A DNA stretch of 64,000 nt from Piromyces finnis finn. Taxonomy: Eukaryota; Fungi; Neocallimastigomycota. The notes beneath the pieces are model-generated. The model saw only the letters and a list, made by a program, of their open reading frames with translations, had not been told where the DNA came from and ran no database searches. The translations under genes were made by a program, and so were the position numbers. Below, piece by piece: positions 25,890 to 36,248 of the stretch; within the stretch, counting starts at the first letter, position 1; every line of letters starts with the position of its first letter. Location of the stretch: contig MCFH01000042.1 of the NCBI GenBank assembly GCA_002104945.1, forward strand, positions 124,001 to 188,000, given 5' to 3'.

Positions 25890-26447
25890 TGTAACGATAT
25901 CATGATACAATAAGAATATTATCTTAATTCTATAAATGAATATAGAAAGTGATAATATTTGTATCTAAAATTTAATAAATAAAAATAAATAAGAAAATAA
26001 AAATAGAATAAATGATTTTTATACTTGTTCATTTGCAAGTATTAGTTAATGTTTAAAAATATAAAGTTTATTTAATTATAAAATTATATCATTATTTAAT
26101 AACTCTAGTATTATTAAATAAAAAAATGTATGTTTTATATTCTAATTTTCAAGGATTATTAGTAACCCTTTTAAAAATAAGTTTTATTATAAAATCATTT
26201 TTGAATTTAATATTTAAAAATATATATCTAATTTTTCGCTCTGGATTATTAGGAACATCTTTTAAAATAAAGTAATTCTATCACTATTTATACAAAATTA
26301 TTATTTTAAAGTATAATTATAAACAAATATAAACTATTTAATTTAAAAATAAGTAAACAATTAAATAAACAAAAAGTTTACATTTATAATTTTTAATTTA
26401 ATAATTTTATACAAGTTAATTATTTTAATTTTTAACTATCTGTGTTT

Positions 26448-26532
<85 letters not shown>

Positions 26533-29288
26533 AATTCATAATTTATAAATTTAATTATTTATCAATCAAGTATTGTAATAATTCCATTATAAATTATTAT
26601 ATAATAGAATTATTAACTACAATTTATTGATAAATTGAGAATAAAAAGAAAATAAATATTAATACTTATCTAAGTTCGAGTTTATTATAAGAGTAGAAAT
26701 AATTTTACACTTTAATAAGTTAATATGTTTTATTATAACTAAGTTAAGTAAAATAAAATTAAAAACACTTTTATTATTATAATTTGTTTCTTATAATAAT
26801 AACTCTTGATTCCTTAGAAGAGAATCAAGGGTCTTATTTATATTATTTAATAAATTTAAAGTTTAAATTAAAATTTTATCTAATCTTAACAAAATAATTT
26901 TTTGTTTAGGAAAAGATTAGAAGAAAAACCTAAACAAAGTTCGATCAACATTCTATACATATTGATCATCGTATATTTTAAGTAAAACCAATTATTTTAG
27001 AAATTGGAAAAAACCTTAAAATATCGATTCCTAAACAATGAATAATTATTTTAAAGTAATTAATTAAATAAATAATTAAATATATTTGATAAAAATATAA
27101 AGTTAAATAAAAGTAATTAATTAAATTAATTAATTAAATGCATAAATATAATTAATAAAAATATTAAATAAAATATTAATGAATAATATAATTAAATGGC
27201 TAAATGTAATTTAAGATATTAAAATTAAGTGAAAATAAATAATTAAAATAAATTTAAATGAGAATAATTATTTAAATAAACTAATATTAATAACATTAAT
27301 TAATGATTTTAACTAAGAAATATTAATTATGTATCAAATAATTATTATGTAAAATAAGCTAACCTAAGTTCAGGTTTGTATACAATTCAACTAAACTAAC
27401 ATATTATTTTTATTTATTATATTTTATTTATTTATTAAATTATTTAAACTAAACTAAACTATAACAACCGTTGATTACTTTACCGTGAAGGTTATTTTAC
27501 CAGAGCCCTCACTAGGTAATCAATTTATATTTATTTAAAACTAAAATTATTAATCTAAACTATAAACTAATTATAAACTAATGTTAATTTATCTAAACAA
27601 AATTAACCTATACGATTTTCCAACTATTGTTTCAATAGTTGAAAAATTTTCTTTATTTATACTTTTTAAATAAATTGAATAAATTCTAATATACATGTTT
27701 TAATATTATAATTTTACATTGTTTACATTTATACATTTATTAAAAGAAATTATTTATATTAAACTATTTAAATTCAATTTATTTACTAAAGAATTTTCTA
27801 AACTTAAAATAAAGTTTTGATTTATTTACTATATGGTTGATTATATTTCAAACATATATTTAATTTATTTATTTCTAGTTTTGAGGATTAGTTTATAAAA
27901 AAATTTTTTATTATCTAAAATATTTATCGGTTAAAAATTTATTTAATTTAAAATTTTATTTTATAATCAAAAACTTTATCTTATCATGAAATTAAATTTT
28001 ACATAAATTTATGTTAATGTATTGTGATATAAATTTTTGTAATTAAAAAATAAAATTTACATAAATTTATGTTAATGTATTGTGATATAAATTTTATGAA
28101 AATTTACAGTACATTAATTTAATACATTATACATTATTTTAAATACGTATTAATACATTATTCTATTAATACAATATTTTACAATATTATTTCTTACAAG
28201 TTGTAAGAATTTAATATATAATTTTAATTATATATGTACATTCTTAACTACAATGTAATAATACACTGTAAGTAATATAATAATATAACTATATTCACAA
28301 AATGAGCAATACGTATCTTTAATGTTTTGTTTTATTCTTATTTTAAATTATTGAATAATAATTTTTTTAAAAAATTTTATTAAACTTCTCTTAATAAGTT
28401 TTGAGTTTATTTTTTCTTACAAAGAAAAAATAATAACTCTTGAATTTTTTAATTAAATTCAAGAGTTGTTTTATTTATAAGAATTTTAAAATTTTGGGTT
28501 AAATTAAAGAATTTTCTAGTCTAACAAATAAATCTTCTAGGGAAAGACTAGATAAGAAAACCCTAGAAGGATTTCGATTAATAATCTATTCTTATTAATC
28601 ACCAAATAATTAAATCAAAACCTATTTGTGATAGGAAAAATATTTAATATCCGGTTCCTATCAATTTTACTTTAATTTTAATTTAGATAATAAAATATAC
28701 TAAATAATTAAATAAAATGTTTAATATAATTTAAAATAAAACTACAATTTAATTTACATTACACATATTACATAATAAGTATTGTTACATTTATAAAATA
28801 TTAATAAAATAAAACATGAAAAATGTATACATTTTAATAAGAAATATAGAATTACTTAAGTTTAATTCTAATTTCTTACACAAGTATAGTTATAACCATT
28901 AAGATAGCTCAATGGTACCTGGATTTGGTTTAGTATGGATTATGTCACTGGTTCGAATAGTAGTATTTACTTTTTATAATTTATATTTTAATTAAATGAA
29001 TAGTTAGATAAATTATATTTAAATTAAATGTATGAATAATTATAGAATAGATAAATTTTATATTAATGTAAAATCCAATCATGTATTATAGAATTAGAAT
29101 TAACGAATATAAATAACCATGTATTATTTTTATTTTATGCTCTTTGAGCTATTATTAACATTGAATAATAATAAATAAAATAATATAAAATCCAAATAAT
29201 AATATTTATTTAATTTTGTGTTTTTATTTATTTTATTTATTATTATTTCCTACAACAACCTAGTGGTTATCACTAGTTTTTCGTTACA
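25890..29288. mobile_element. Insertion J: 3.4-kb non-coding element, probably a solo LTR with nested D-like LTR sequences
   Basis: 8-bp terminal inverted repeats TGTAACGA...TCGTTACA and a 5-bp TSD TTTAC (25885-25889, 29289-29293). No ORF of 60 aa or more. Two diverged D-like LTR cores lie at ~26574-27030 and ~28420-28670. Confidence 0.75.
26458..26530. repeat. (TAT)n microsatellite
   Basis: Pure tattattat run of roughly 70 bp. Confidence 0.9.
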
Positions 29289-29463
29289 TTTACAATATAT
29301 AAATTTTCCAATATGAATTATAATATTAAATAAAAAACATTATAAATATAGCTAATATTTAGCTATAAAGATTAATTTCATTAGTTTCATTATAATTGAT
29401 ATTTATAATATTACTCTTTCTTTTTGTAACCTTAAATAAAATAATAAGACTACCGATATAGAT

Positions 29464-29805
29464 ATGAAAGAAGCTAATAAGGTAAAGAAAACGCGTAAAA
29501 ACACGCGTATAAATGAAGAATCCACTTTGGAAAATATATTACCTAGTGATAATTCTAATAGTATAAAAACAAAAACTTCAATCCAGATGCTAAAAGATTC
29601 AGAAGAATATAATATATGTACCGATTTATTAAATACTCCAGCTAATATTACTTTTGGACAACTTTTAGGTGTTAGTAAAACGTCCAAAGCTGAATTAATT
29701 AAAGGATTAAAGAATTTAAAGGTGGATAATATTACTATTAGTACCACTGAAGTTGATGAAAATAATAATACTTTGTATAAATTAAATAATAATTTCATTA
29801 ATATC
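29464..29805 (+). pseudogene. Fragment of a Ty3/gypsy pre-protease pol region
   Basis: YNICTDLLNTPANITFGQLLGVSKTSKAELIKGL resembles the pre-protease helix of E/F (DLIKEVASTDVVTKLGYLLDLFPKFRSEFIKAL). It is cut at TGTAAC 29806. Confidence 0.55.
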
Positions 29806-31375
29806 TGTAACAACGCGAGAGACTCAGGTTAACACAATACTAATTAACTATTTTTTGTATTAATAGTATATTTTATTAATAATTTGATTAATTAATATTA
29901 TTAATACAAATTAACCTTAATACTAATTCTAAAGACTAAATTTACATGAATTTTATAAATTATTTATATTTACTATTTATAAATATTCTTATTTAATAAT
30001 TATGAATAAACATTATTCATATTGATTGGTAACTTCAATTATTTAAATAAAAAAGAAGAAATAGAAATAGACAAATATTATGGATTAAATATAGCAATCG
30101 CTATATTTAATCCATAATATAGAGAACCCGGAGTCGAACACATGACAAGTAGGTCAGCGTCCAACAACCTGACGGCGAAGCCAGCTTGAGGAACCCCGAA
30201 ATACAATGTGTAATAATTATATTATATTTATTATATAATAATAATTATTAGCTTTAATGTGAAGATATTAACTGGATTTAAAACAAATTCAGATAATATC
30301 TATAATTAATTAAACATAATAATTATAATTAAATAATTTCAATAATTATTTTAAAACACTTTTAAAAGTCACCTTTTAAATTTTGATTCAGTGAAAGGGT
30401 TATGATTTCAAAAATTTAATATCAATATACTATAACCCTTAACCAAAAATAAGCAAGTACGAAATAAGGTGTAACTCGCCAAAAACGATCGCTACGGTGA
30501 TGAAACTAGGTTTATTGGAAAGCTTAGGAAGAAAGCTACAATTTGGTACAATCGCGGTCCTTCTAACTGATCATTTAAGGAAGTTATGATCATTTAAAGA
30601 TTTTATTAGGTAAATTAAAATCAATATGATATCAAGTATGGATCATAAATATTTCTTATGACTTGATGAAATTAAAAATATATCAATAGGAATTTTAGTT
30701 ATATTAATTTAATTAATGATAACGATTGTTACTAAAAATAGAACTAGACCCATTTAGGTGTAACAGTTAATACCTATAAATTAAATAATCTTAATTATTA
30801 TAAAATAGGTTAACGGCAAGTTTTATTAGAAATAATTTTGAAAATAATAATTATTTAGTTATAACAAATATGTTATGGTAATATCAATTAATAATGATGA
30901 ATTATTAATTGAATAGTTTTTATAATTACTAATTAGGATCAACTGTTTAAATGATTAATCATATGTTTATTTTATTTTATGTCATGACAAACAAACAAAC
31001 AAACAAACAAATAATCTTATTACTTATTTAATTATATTACTAATATATTATATGTAATACTTTATTCTTATTAATATCAATTTAATAATCTGAACAAAGA
31101 ATATAAAAGAGAATGAATTGAATTCGATTTTAATTCTTTGTAAAGATTATAGTTATAATCTTAATTATATAGTTACTTATAATATCATTTATATTATTAT
31201 TAAATAAATAAAAAATTTATAAAAAGTTACTTTAAAGTAAATATAAATTTTTCATTTTTCATTTGGGAGTTTAAGGTGTTATTTTATAATTAAATTTAAT
31301 TTCTTAAAAAACATTTTTACTATATAATTAATAACATTCTGACCTGGCCGCATAACCAAACCCAAAAACTTAACA

Positions 31376-31386
31376 ATAATCTTTAC
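31376..31386 (+). promoter_or_regulatory. Self-priming-type PBS of element C (ATAATCTTTAC)
   Basis: Abuts the 5' LTR and is the exact reverse complement of GTAAAGATTAT at 31140-31150. Confidence 0.82.
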
Positions 31387-31410
31387 CCGCTGTTTAGTGG
31401 CTACTTTAGA

Positions 31411-32436
31411 ATGTTCACTCCGGTTCCTAATTTCCCAGACGAGGTAAACCAACTAAGAGAGGATGCTACTCAGACTGCCAAGGATATCATTGAGGGTATC
31501 AATGAAAATTTGGTTTTCCGTGAAGATTTTCAAAATTTTTCCAATGATGTGAATAATCGTTTAAATGAAATCATGAGTGTATTAACCAATATGAATAATA
31601 ATCAAACTGCTCAGAATGAAGATGAACAACCATTGTTACATACCAATTATGATAGGATAGCTACTCCAAGACCTACTGTCTTTAGAGATGATGAATCTAC
31701 TTCAACAAGATTTGATTTGGATCATGATGTTATCATGAGAGGCCGTTTTGCTACTCCAATCACTCAAGTGCCAGATCCAGGTATGTTCTCCGGTAAGACT
31801 AGTGATACCGATTTGTTTTGTCAATTATGTGAAGATACTTTCAAAACTCTACCAAATCGAACTTTACCAGAAGAAACAAAAATTAATTTTGTACAATCCC
31901 GTCTTCGTGATGCTGCTAGAAATTGGTATCTTGCCAAGTACAAGGATAATATTTATCCATCTACCATGCAAGAATTGTTGGATGGACTAAGAATTGCTTT
32001 CTCAAATGTTGCTAGTTACAAGATAGCTAAAATCAAAATAATGCGTTTAAAACAACAATATGGTAAAATAAATGATTATATCGAGGAATTCCGCTCTCTT
32101 TCACAACAATTTAAATGGAATGAAGAAGCATTATCTTTAATCTTTTATAATGGTTTACATCCCAAATATCAGGAAGAAATTGAAAAGATGGAGGTATTTC
32201 CAACCACCATGGAGTCCATTATAACTAGATGTATTTTGATCGAAAGTTCTCTTTCTACAAAGAATAAGATTAACCAGTCTTCCAACTCTAAATCTAACAA
32301 GAAAAGAAATTCACATTTCAACCACCACAGATCATACAACAACAACAACAACAATAACAACAATAACTTCCAAAAATATAATAATAATTACAATAACAAC
32401 AATTATAAAGCTCAAAAAATTAGTTCAAAAAACTAA
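31411..32436 (+). CDS. Element C gag
   Basis: PDPGMFSG...KINFVQSRLRDAARNWY...LKQQYGKINDYIEEFR, a retrotransposon capsid-type domain. Confidence 0.93.
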   Translation: MFTPVPNFPDEVNQLREDATQTAKDIIEGINENLVFREDFQNFSNDVNNRLNEIMSVLTNMNNNQTAQNEDEQPLLHTNYDRIATPRPTVFRDDESTSTRFDLDHDVIMRGRFATPITQVPDPGMFSGKTSDTDLFCQLCEDTFKTLPNRTLPEETKINFVQSRLRDAARNWYLAKYKDNIYPSTMQELLDGLRIAFSNVASYKIAKIKIMRLKQQYGKINDYIEEFRSLSQQFKWNEEALSLIFYNGLHPKYQEEIEKMEVFPTTMESIITRCILIESSLSTKNKINQSSNSKSNKKRNSHFNHHRSYNNNNNNNNNNFQKYNNNYNNNNYKAQKISSKN

Positions 32437-35400
32437 ATAAAGGACTTCCATTGAAGTCCCATCACCACTCGAATACAAAAATATTAAACTACACTTTTCC
32501 CACTATCAACAAAGATAATACATTACCTTCAACGTTTTTTACTTTTAATACATATGTATTATCCAATAATGGAGGTACAAATAATGTACATAATAAAATT
32601 GCATGTACATCACTATTAGATAGTGGATCTTATTGTAATTTTATGTCGTACAAACTATTACGTACATTACAATTACATCCTCATAAAATTAATAATGTTA
32701 TCACTGTACAAGGTATCAGTGGTACTTCAATTGAACTTGATGAATATATCAACCTAAACTTTCAGTTAAAACTATTTATCAACAATAAATTCCATTTCAT
32801 CAATTTCAAAGAAAAATTTTTACTAGCGGATTATATTCCGACAGATTTATTATTTGGAAATATATTCATGTCCAAATATGAAATTCATTATAATTATAAT
32901 AAAAATTATTTATATTCAAATTTAAAATATGATTTTAACAGAAAGAAATTCAATATGAAGCATGCTACTAAATTTTTAAAATTAGAACAATTCATTTCTT
33001 ATAATAGAAATGACATAAATGTTACACCTACCACTTCTACAGGTGTAAATAACACAAAAAATAAAAATAAAAATTATTCCACCAATTTTTATAATTTAAA
33101 AAATAAAATTCATAATTTTTATTTCAGATCTAAAACCTTTAGTAAGAAGAAAAATGGTCGATTTCACAAATTTAACCCTAAACGTTCCAAATTTTTTAGA
33201 AAAGTTATATTAAATAAAAATAATTATGATAGATATAATTATAATTATTTAATTCATACTTTTTTGTCCGAAAAACCAGAAGAAGTAAGCAATTTAGAAG
33301 AACATACTATTGAGGATATTCCAAAACCCTATCGAGATTTGGCAAAAGTTTTCAGCAAACAAGAAGCTGATAAACTACCACCACATAGAATTACAGATTG
33401 TAAAATAGTACTAGAAAAAGATGCTACTCTTCACTATGGTCCCATCTATCCCTTATCAGAAGAAGAATCAAAAGTTTTAGAAGAGTATATCAAGGAAAAT
33501 TTAGAAAAAGGCTTTATTAGACCATCCGAATCACCTGCAGGATATCCAGTGGTATTTCAGAAAAAGAAAGATGGTACTCTTAGAGTTTGTATTGATTATA
33601 AAAAACTCAATTCTGTAACGATACGTAACTCCTACCCAATACCACTTATTACCGACATTATAGAACGTGTCAAAGGTGCAAAGTATTTCACCAAGCTCGA
33701 CTTACGCTCTGCTTATAATTTAGTTAGAATAAGAAATGGTGATGAATATAAAACTGCTTTTCGCACAAAGTTTGGTCACTATGAATATTTAGTGATGCCA
33801 TTTGGTTTACGTAACGCTCCTGCTACTTTTCAGGCATTTATAAATTCTGTTCTCAGACCTTTCTTGGAAAAATCTGTTATTCTCTATTTGGATGATATTC
33901 TTATATTTTCAAAAACCTTAGAAGAACACCACCAACATGTACGTGAAGTTCTTTCTAAACTATTAGAAAATAATTTATATGCTAAACTTCCTAAATGTGA
34001 ATTTGACAAACCACAAGTTGAATTCTTAGGATATGTTATTTCAGGTTCAGGAATTGCTACCGACCCAAAAAAGATAGAGTCAATCAAAAATTGGCCTATT
34101 CCTACTACAGTTAAGGATGTACAAAGATTTTTAGGTCTTTGTAACTACTATAGACGCTTTGTAATGAATTTTGCAGACTTGGCTAAACCCCTCCACAACC
34201 TAACAAAAAAGAATGCAAAGTTCAAATGGTCCACAGAATGTGAATCCTCATTTAACATTTTAAAAACGCGTTTAACTTCAGCACCTATTTTATCACATCC
34301 TGATCCTCAAAAACAATATATTTTAGAATGTGATGCAAGTAATGTTGCTATCGGTTCTATACTTTCTCAATATGATTCAGAAAATCGTCTACATCCTGTT
34401 GCTTACTACTCCAGAAGTCTAAGTAGTTCTGAAGTTAATTATTCTATAACAGATAAAGAACTATTAGCCATTAAGGATTCTTTCTCTACTTGGAGGCACC
34501 TTCTTCTTGGTGCTAAATATAAAATAAAAGTTTACACTGATCATAGAAATTTACTTTATACTCTTGGAGGAAAGGTAGGTAATCAAAGACAACATCGTTG
34601 GCACCTTTTCTTTCATGAATACGACTTTGAACTTATATACAGACAAGGTCGTAAGAATGGTAAACCTGATTGTCTATCTCGCAGACCTGACTACATGGAT
34701 AGGACTTATGAAGAAAAGCCAGAATATATTTTAGACTCAAAAAATGTAAAACTAATACCAAGTTTCATTGGTATTATGAGTAACTTCTTGGAACAAGTTA
34801 TTCAATACTTAAAGGACGACGAAACTGCTAAGGATATTATGCTATATTTCAGCCCACATAATGACCAAAAGGCTTATAGACCATTTAGGAAAATGAACAA
34901 GTTTGAATTAAAAAATAATCTTATTTTATATAATAACTTAGTTTATATCCCTGAGAAACTACGTTTAGATGTTCTTATGAAATATCATGAACAACCCTCT
35001 GCTGGACATCTTGGTATAAAAAGGACTTTAGAATTGATAACTCGAAATTTTTGGTGGCCTAAAATTAAGGATGATGTCACTAAATTTGTTAATTCTTGTG
35101 AGACATGCACAAGAAATAAAGTAACTAGACATCGGAAATATGGAAAATTACAACCTTTAGATACTCCAGAACGTCCATGGAAATCTATAGAAATTGACTT
35201 TCTTTGTGGCCTTCCTGAGTCTAAAGGGTACACCGTAATTATGGTAGTGGTTGACCGCTTTTCTAAAATGATTCACTTAGTGCCGTTTAAACAAGTTCCA
35301 AACGCAGCACAAACTGCAAAAGCTTTTTTGAACAATGTATATCGTTTACATGGTCTCCCTTATGACCTATATACTGATAGAGGCTCACAATTTACAAGTG

Positions 35401-36248
35401 ATGTTTGGCTCGAATTTTTGGATTTATTATATATTCATCCAAGAATAGCTACTACTGACCACCATGAAACTGTTGGACAGGTCGAGAGGTCAAATTCTTT
35501 TATTGAACAGTATCTTAGATGTTATTCCAAGTCTTTCTATCATGACGACTGGGTTGATTGGCTTCCACTTGCAGAATTCGCCTATAACAACGCTGTTAAT
35601 GAATCAACCAAAGAAACACCATTCTTCATTAATTATGGTTTCCACCCTCCGATGGATGAAATGACCCTATTACCACAATGTAATATTAATCATAAACTAG
35701 TTCAAAACGTTAATGATGCATTCAACCACATAAAAGAAGTGTTACTACGCTCCAAAGAGTTGTATAAAAGAAGAGTGGATAAAAGTCGTTTAGAAGCTCC
35801 AAAATTTAAAATTGATGATTTAGTTTGGATTCAAGCCCCACCTTCTCTAAATATTGAAAATAGTTCCAAATTAGCTCCTTGTAAATATGGTCCATATAAA
35901 ATAACTCAAGTTTTGAGAAATAACAATTATGAAATCGATATCAAAAAATCACCTTTTCCCAAACACTATCCAATATTTCATGTATCTGAGTTGGAACCTT
36001 ATAGATCAACTCCAAAAGAATTTTTAAATAGAACTGCGGATCCAGAATCAATAAAAGATATAGTGGAAATATCTGGATTCCGTACAAATTATAAACAACA
36101 ACGATATGAATATAAAATTCGATACAAATACCGTTCCGCTTATAATTGGGTACCAGCAAGTGAAGTAGAAGACAATCCACGTAATCAATACATTTATCAA
36201 AAATATTTAAAAAGTGGACGACATTATGCTTCTATAGCATATAATTAA
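32424..36248 (+). CDS. Element C pol (PR-RT-RH-INT-chromodomain-like), expressed by frameshift
   Basis: LLDSGS, YLDDILIF, LECDASN, YTDHRNL, HH-CC, EIDFLCG/TDRGSQF, GPY and YKIRYKYRSAYNWVPASEV, with no stop. Confidence 0.95.
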   Translation, partial: FKKLNKGLPLKSHHHSNTKILNYTFPTINKDNTLPSTFFTFNTYVLSNNGGTNNVHNKIACTSLLDSGSYCNFMSYKLLRTLQLHPHKINNVITVQGISGTSIELDEYINLNFQLKLFINNKFHFINFKEKFLLADYIPTDLLFGNIFMSKYEIHYNYNKNYLYSNLKYDFNRKKFNMKHATKFLKLEQFISYNRNDINVTPTTSTGVNNTKNKNKNYSTNFYNLKNKIHNFYFRSKTFSKKKNGRFHKFNPKRSKFFRKVILNKNNYDRYNYNYLIHTFLSEKPEEVSNLEEHTIEDIPKPYRDLAKVFSKQEADKLPPHRITDCKIVLEKDATLHYGPIYPLSEEESKVLEEYIKENLEKGFIRPSESPAGYPVVFQKKKDGTLRVCIDYKKLNSVTIRNSYPIPLITDIIERVKGAKYFTKLDLRSAYNLVRIRNGDEYKTAFRTKFGHYEYLVMPFGLRNAPATFQAFINSVLRPFLEKSVILYLDDILIFSKTLEEHHQHVREVLSKLLENNLYAKLPKCEFDKPQVEFLGYVISGSGIATDPKKIESIKNWPIPTTVKDVQRFLGLCNYYRRFVMNFADLAKPLHNLTKKNAKFKWSTECESSFNILKTRLTSAPILSHPDPQKQYILECDASNVAIGSILSQYDSENRLHPVAYYSRSLSSSEVNYSITDKELLAIKDSFSTWRHLLLGAKYKIKVYTDHRNLLYTLGGKVGNQRQHRWHLFFHEYDFELIYRQGRKNGKPDCLSRRPDYMDRTYEEKPEYILDSKNVKLIPSFIGIMSNFLEQVIQYLKDDETAKDIMLYFSPHNDQKAYRPFRKMNKFELKNNLILYNNLVYIPEKLRLDVLMKYHEQPSAGHLGIKRTLELITRNFWWPKIKDDVTKFVNSCETCTRNKVTRHRKYGKLQPLDTPERPWKSIEIDFLCGLPESKGYTVIMVVVDRFSKMIHLVPFKQVPNAAQTAKAFLNNVYRLHGLPYDLYTDRGSQFTSDVWLEFLDLLYIHPRIATTDHHETVGQVERSNSFIEQYLRCYSKSFYHDDWVDWLPLAEFAYNNAVNESTKETPFFINYGFHPPMDEMTLLPQCNINHKLVQNVNDAFNHIKEVLLRSKELYKRRVDKSRLEAPKFKIDDLVWIQAPPSLNIENSSKLAPCKYGPYKITQVLRNNNYEIDIKKSPFPKHYPIFHVSELEPYRSTPKEFLNRTADPESIKDIVEISGFRTNYKQQRYEYKIRYKYRSAYNWVPASEVEDNPRNQYIYQKYLKSGRHYASIAYN
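32427..32459 (+). promoter_or_regulatory. -1 ribosomal frameshift signal of element C
   Basis: A AAA AAC (32427-32433) lies just before the gag TAA. After an 8-nt spacer comes the hairpin GGACTTC-catt-GAAGTCC. Pol is in the -1 frame and open from 32424. Confidence 0.85.

Noticed and set aside
28896-28965. Functional tRNA gene
   Set aside because: There is no convincing acceptor or anticodon stem and the B box lacks the terminal CC. It is kept only as a relic.
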